A stretch of DNA of 63,893 bases, filler included, from Globobulimina sp. (taxonomy: Eukaryota), in assembly GCA_003354225.1 (NCBI GenBank). It is 31 parts of 31 records of this genome, joined end to end, with 100 filler letters (N's around TTAATTAATTAA, not from the genome) between each part and the next. Parts side by side here need not be neighbours in the genome. Positions count along the whole stretch, not along the records: positions 61,932 to 63,893 come from PIVH01010170.1; 30 more parts are not named here. The stretch is one strand, 5' to 3'. The notes beneath the pieces are model-generated. The model was not told where the DNA came from, did not search any database, and saw only the letters and a list, made by a program, of their open reading frames with translations. Below, in pieces: positions 61,832 through 63,893 of the stretch; position 1 is the first letter of the stretch, and each line of letters begins with the position of its first letter. The position numbers and the translations under genes were made by a program.

Positions 61832-61970
61832 NNNNNNNNNNNNNNNNNNNNNNNNNNNNNNNNNNNNNNNNNNNNTTAATTAATTAANNNNNNNNNNNNN
61901 NNNNNNNNNNNNNNNNNNNNNNNNNNNNNNNACCATATCGTCATCGTCAACAACCTCAAATTCCTCATTT

Positions 61971-63285
61971 TCAATATATTCGTTTGGTGGACACTGTACG
62001 TGGAGTTAAAATAGTGTCACTATCAATCTCATTAACAATCAATTCATCATTGGTATTATTTATATTTTGGCTGTTAATATCTCCCTCTTCTGAGACTGAT
62101 AAACTCTTAATCCGCCCAAAATTCTTTGCATTCGTTAATTGTAAATCTGTCTCAATTTTATTGCTGTTAATAATTTGTTGTTGTTTTCCATTATATTGAT
62201 ATTTATCATGATTGTTTTTTCTGTTTTTTCTGTTTTTACATCTTTTAATAATAAAAATAAAAACTATACAAATTATAACAATGAATAAACCCATTGATAC
62301 TATCATCCATATCGAAACGTCAAATTCTTCCGATTGAACACTATCATAATTATCCTCTGATTGGCTCATTGTTGTATATATACTCTCTGTGCCAACAGCA
62401 GCTGCATTAGCTCCTTCCGTTGGTTGTCTTGTTGGAAATAATGTAGTTGGTTCTGATGTAGTTGGTATATCTGTGGTTGGTATATCTGTCGTTGGTACAG
62501 CCGTAGTTGGTATATCTGTGGTTGGTATAGCGGTAGTTGGAAAATCTGTGGTTGGTATGGCTGTGGTTGGTACAGCTGTGGTTGGTATTGCCGTAGTTGG
62601 TATAGCTGTGGTTGGTATAGCTGTGGTTGGCATAGCCGTAGTGGGTACAGCTGTGGTTGGTATTGCTGTGGTTGGTGATAACGTAGTTGGTTCCATAGTG
62701 GTTGGACTGACTGTTGTTGGTTCAGAAGTTGTTGGTGGAGCGGTTGTTGGATTGGTAGTCGTCACTCCAACATTATTACAACCATCTCCAGTGCAAATAT
62801 ATTGCGATGATAGGCGAGCATCAACGGTAACACTCGCGCAGCTATCTCCATAACAGTAAATCTGACAAATTCCAGTTCCACCTTCATTTTAGTACTAGTA
62901 TATAATATATATTAGAGATATATAGATAGTATAATATATCCTAACAATTTAGCGTCATCAGTTTGCACGTATCCCTGTTGCTACCTAGACAATTTACTGT
63001 AACATCTCTTACATTCTGAGCATACACTTTTAAACCCCAACAATCCCCAATATCATCTTCAGTGTTAGCTATACCACAATTTACAGTCAATGATGTTGCT
63101 TGTTCTGCATTGAGTGTGGCATGAAAACAAGTATCATAACCAATACAGGTGACATCACAGGGAAAGCCATCGGTACATGTTAATGTATCCTGTCTGCAAT
63201 CATCCATACCACTACAATTACATGGACAATTAATTGCTGCTGATGTAACAATAAAAATGCTGATAATGGCACAGAAATAAGACAT
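61971..63285 (-). CDS. Type I surface protein: signal peptide, Cys-rich region, (PTTxx)n mucin-like stalk, TM, tail (intron 62882..62945)
   Basis: About 21 PTT repeats with 15-bp period; phase-1 intron joins ORFs 62941..63285 and 61971..62765. Confidence 0.85.
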
Positions 63286-63691
63286 TTAGTGTTTTTGTTT
63301 AATCAATTAATCGTGATACTAGCATGGCGAAAGTTTTTCACTGAAGTAGAACATCACGTTTTAGCTCCTCAGTTGCATGGATCCAGCTAGTATGCATCAA
63401 AAACATTTATTAAAATTTATTAAAAATAAATATAAAAATGAACAACTTCAACCAAATTATTATAAATTGAATTAATATTATTATCCAATAACATGCAATG
63501 GCAGCACCACCATAAAAATTATCTGATCCTGTATCAATAATACGATTATCCGAAAAAGAGGTTACAGACTTACAGTTGCATCCGGTTTAACTTGCAATTC
63601 TGATATTTCGTCACCGCACGAGCAAATATTGAATACTATGATCATGAGAATGACTGTTGGGAAAGAAAATGCCATGCTCATAGGCACTGTT

Positions 63692-63716
63692 ATATCCTTG
63701 CACTGCTGGAAGATGG
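63692..63716. repeat. Dispersed 25-mer, copy 2
   Basis: Exact match to 34935..34959. Confidence 0.9.
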
Positions 63717-63782
63717 GTATATTTGGATTTTTTATGTTATAAATATAAAAAGAGCCTAGGTTTCCTAAATAGTTGCCGCGCA

Positions 63783-63866
63783 ACTATTTAGTTGCTATTT
63801 CAGACTATTTAGTTGCTATTTCAGACTATTTAGTTGCTATTTCAGACTATTTAGTTGCTATTTCAG
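63783..63866. repeat. Perfect 21-bp tandem repeat x4 (ACTATTTAGTTGCTATTTCAG)
   Basis: Four identical copies. Confidence 0.95.
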
Positions 63867-63893
63867 AATCCAACCCAATAATCGCCTGCAGTC

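Noticed and set aside
62389-62853. Long antisense ORFs (Val/Gly repeat here; poly-Leu 7484..7843; 35184..35711; 36039..36674)
   Set aside because: Shadows of real genes or repeats on the other strand
1-63893. tRNA, rRNA or snRNA genes
   Set aside because: None recognised by eye; a covariance-model scan was not possible

Overview
This window is not one locus. It is 31 unrelated contigs of 1962-1966 bp, sorted by decreasing length and joined by an artificial 100-bp linker (N44-TTAATTAATTAA-N44, stops in all six frames), so adjacency across linkers has no biological meaning. Most contigs come from an AT-rich, gene-dense eukaryote using the standard code with short GT-AG introns (about 48-211 nt). 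The gene repertoire (many RCC1-repeat, SPRY-like, multi-TM, G-alpha and PTT-repeat surface proteins) suggests a rhizarian, probably foraminiferan, protist; this is inference. Recognisable genes are an SDR, TRM13, GH20 hexosaminidase, an M28B peptidase, an RRM/CCCH protein, DNA polymerase alpha (3' part), UBC13, ATP-type PEPCK, SulP/SLC26, an intron-containing BCCT transporter, a YeeE/YedE transporter, a P4-ATPase, a REJ-GAIN/GPS-TM receptor and a G-alpha. Two contigs are LTR retrotransposon fragments (Ty3/gypsy and BEL/Pao) and may come from a co-assembled animal. The most striking signal is the Ty3/gypsy contig: one open frame has what looks like the C-terminal ectodomain, membrane-proximal region and TM helix of a herpesvirus-gB-like (class III) fusion glycoprotein directly upstream of, and in frame with, protease and RT. 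Other notable items are two long fold-back elements, a 25-bp sequence shared exactly by two contigs, a GC-rich bioD fragment and signs of chimeric junctions. All homology calls come from motif recognition by eye; no searches were run.
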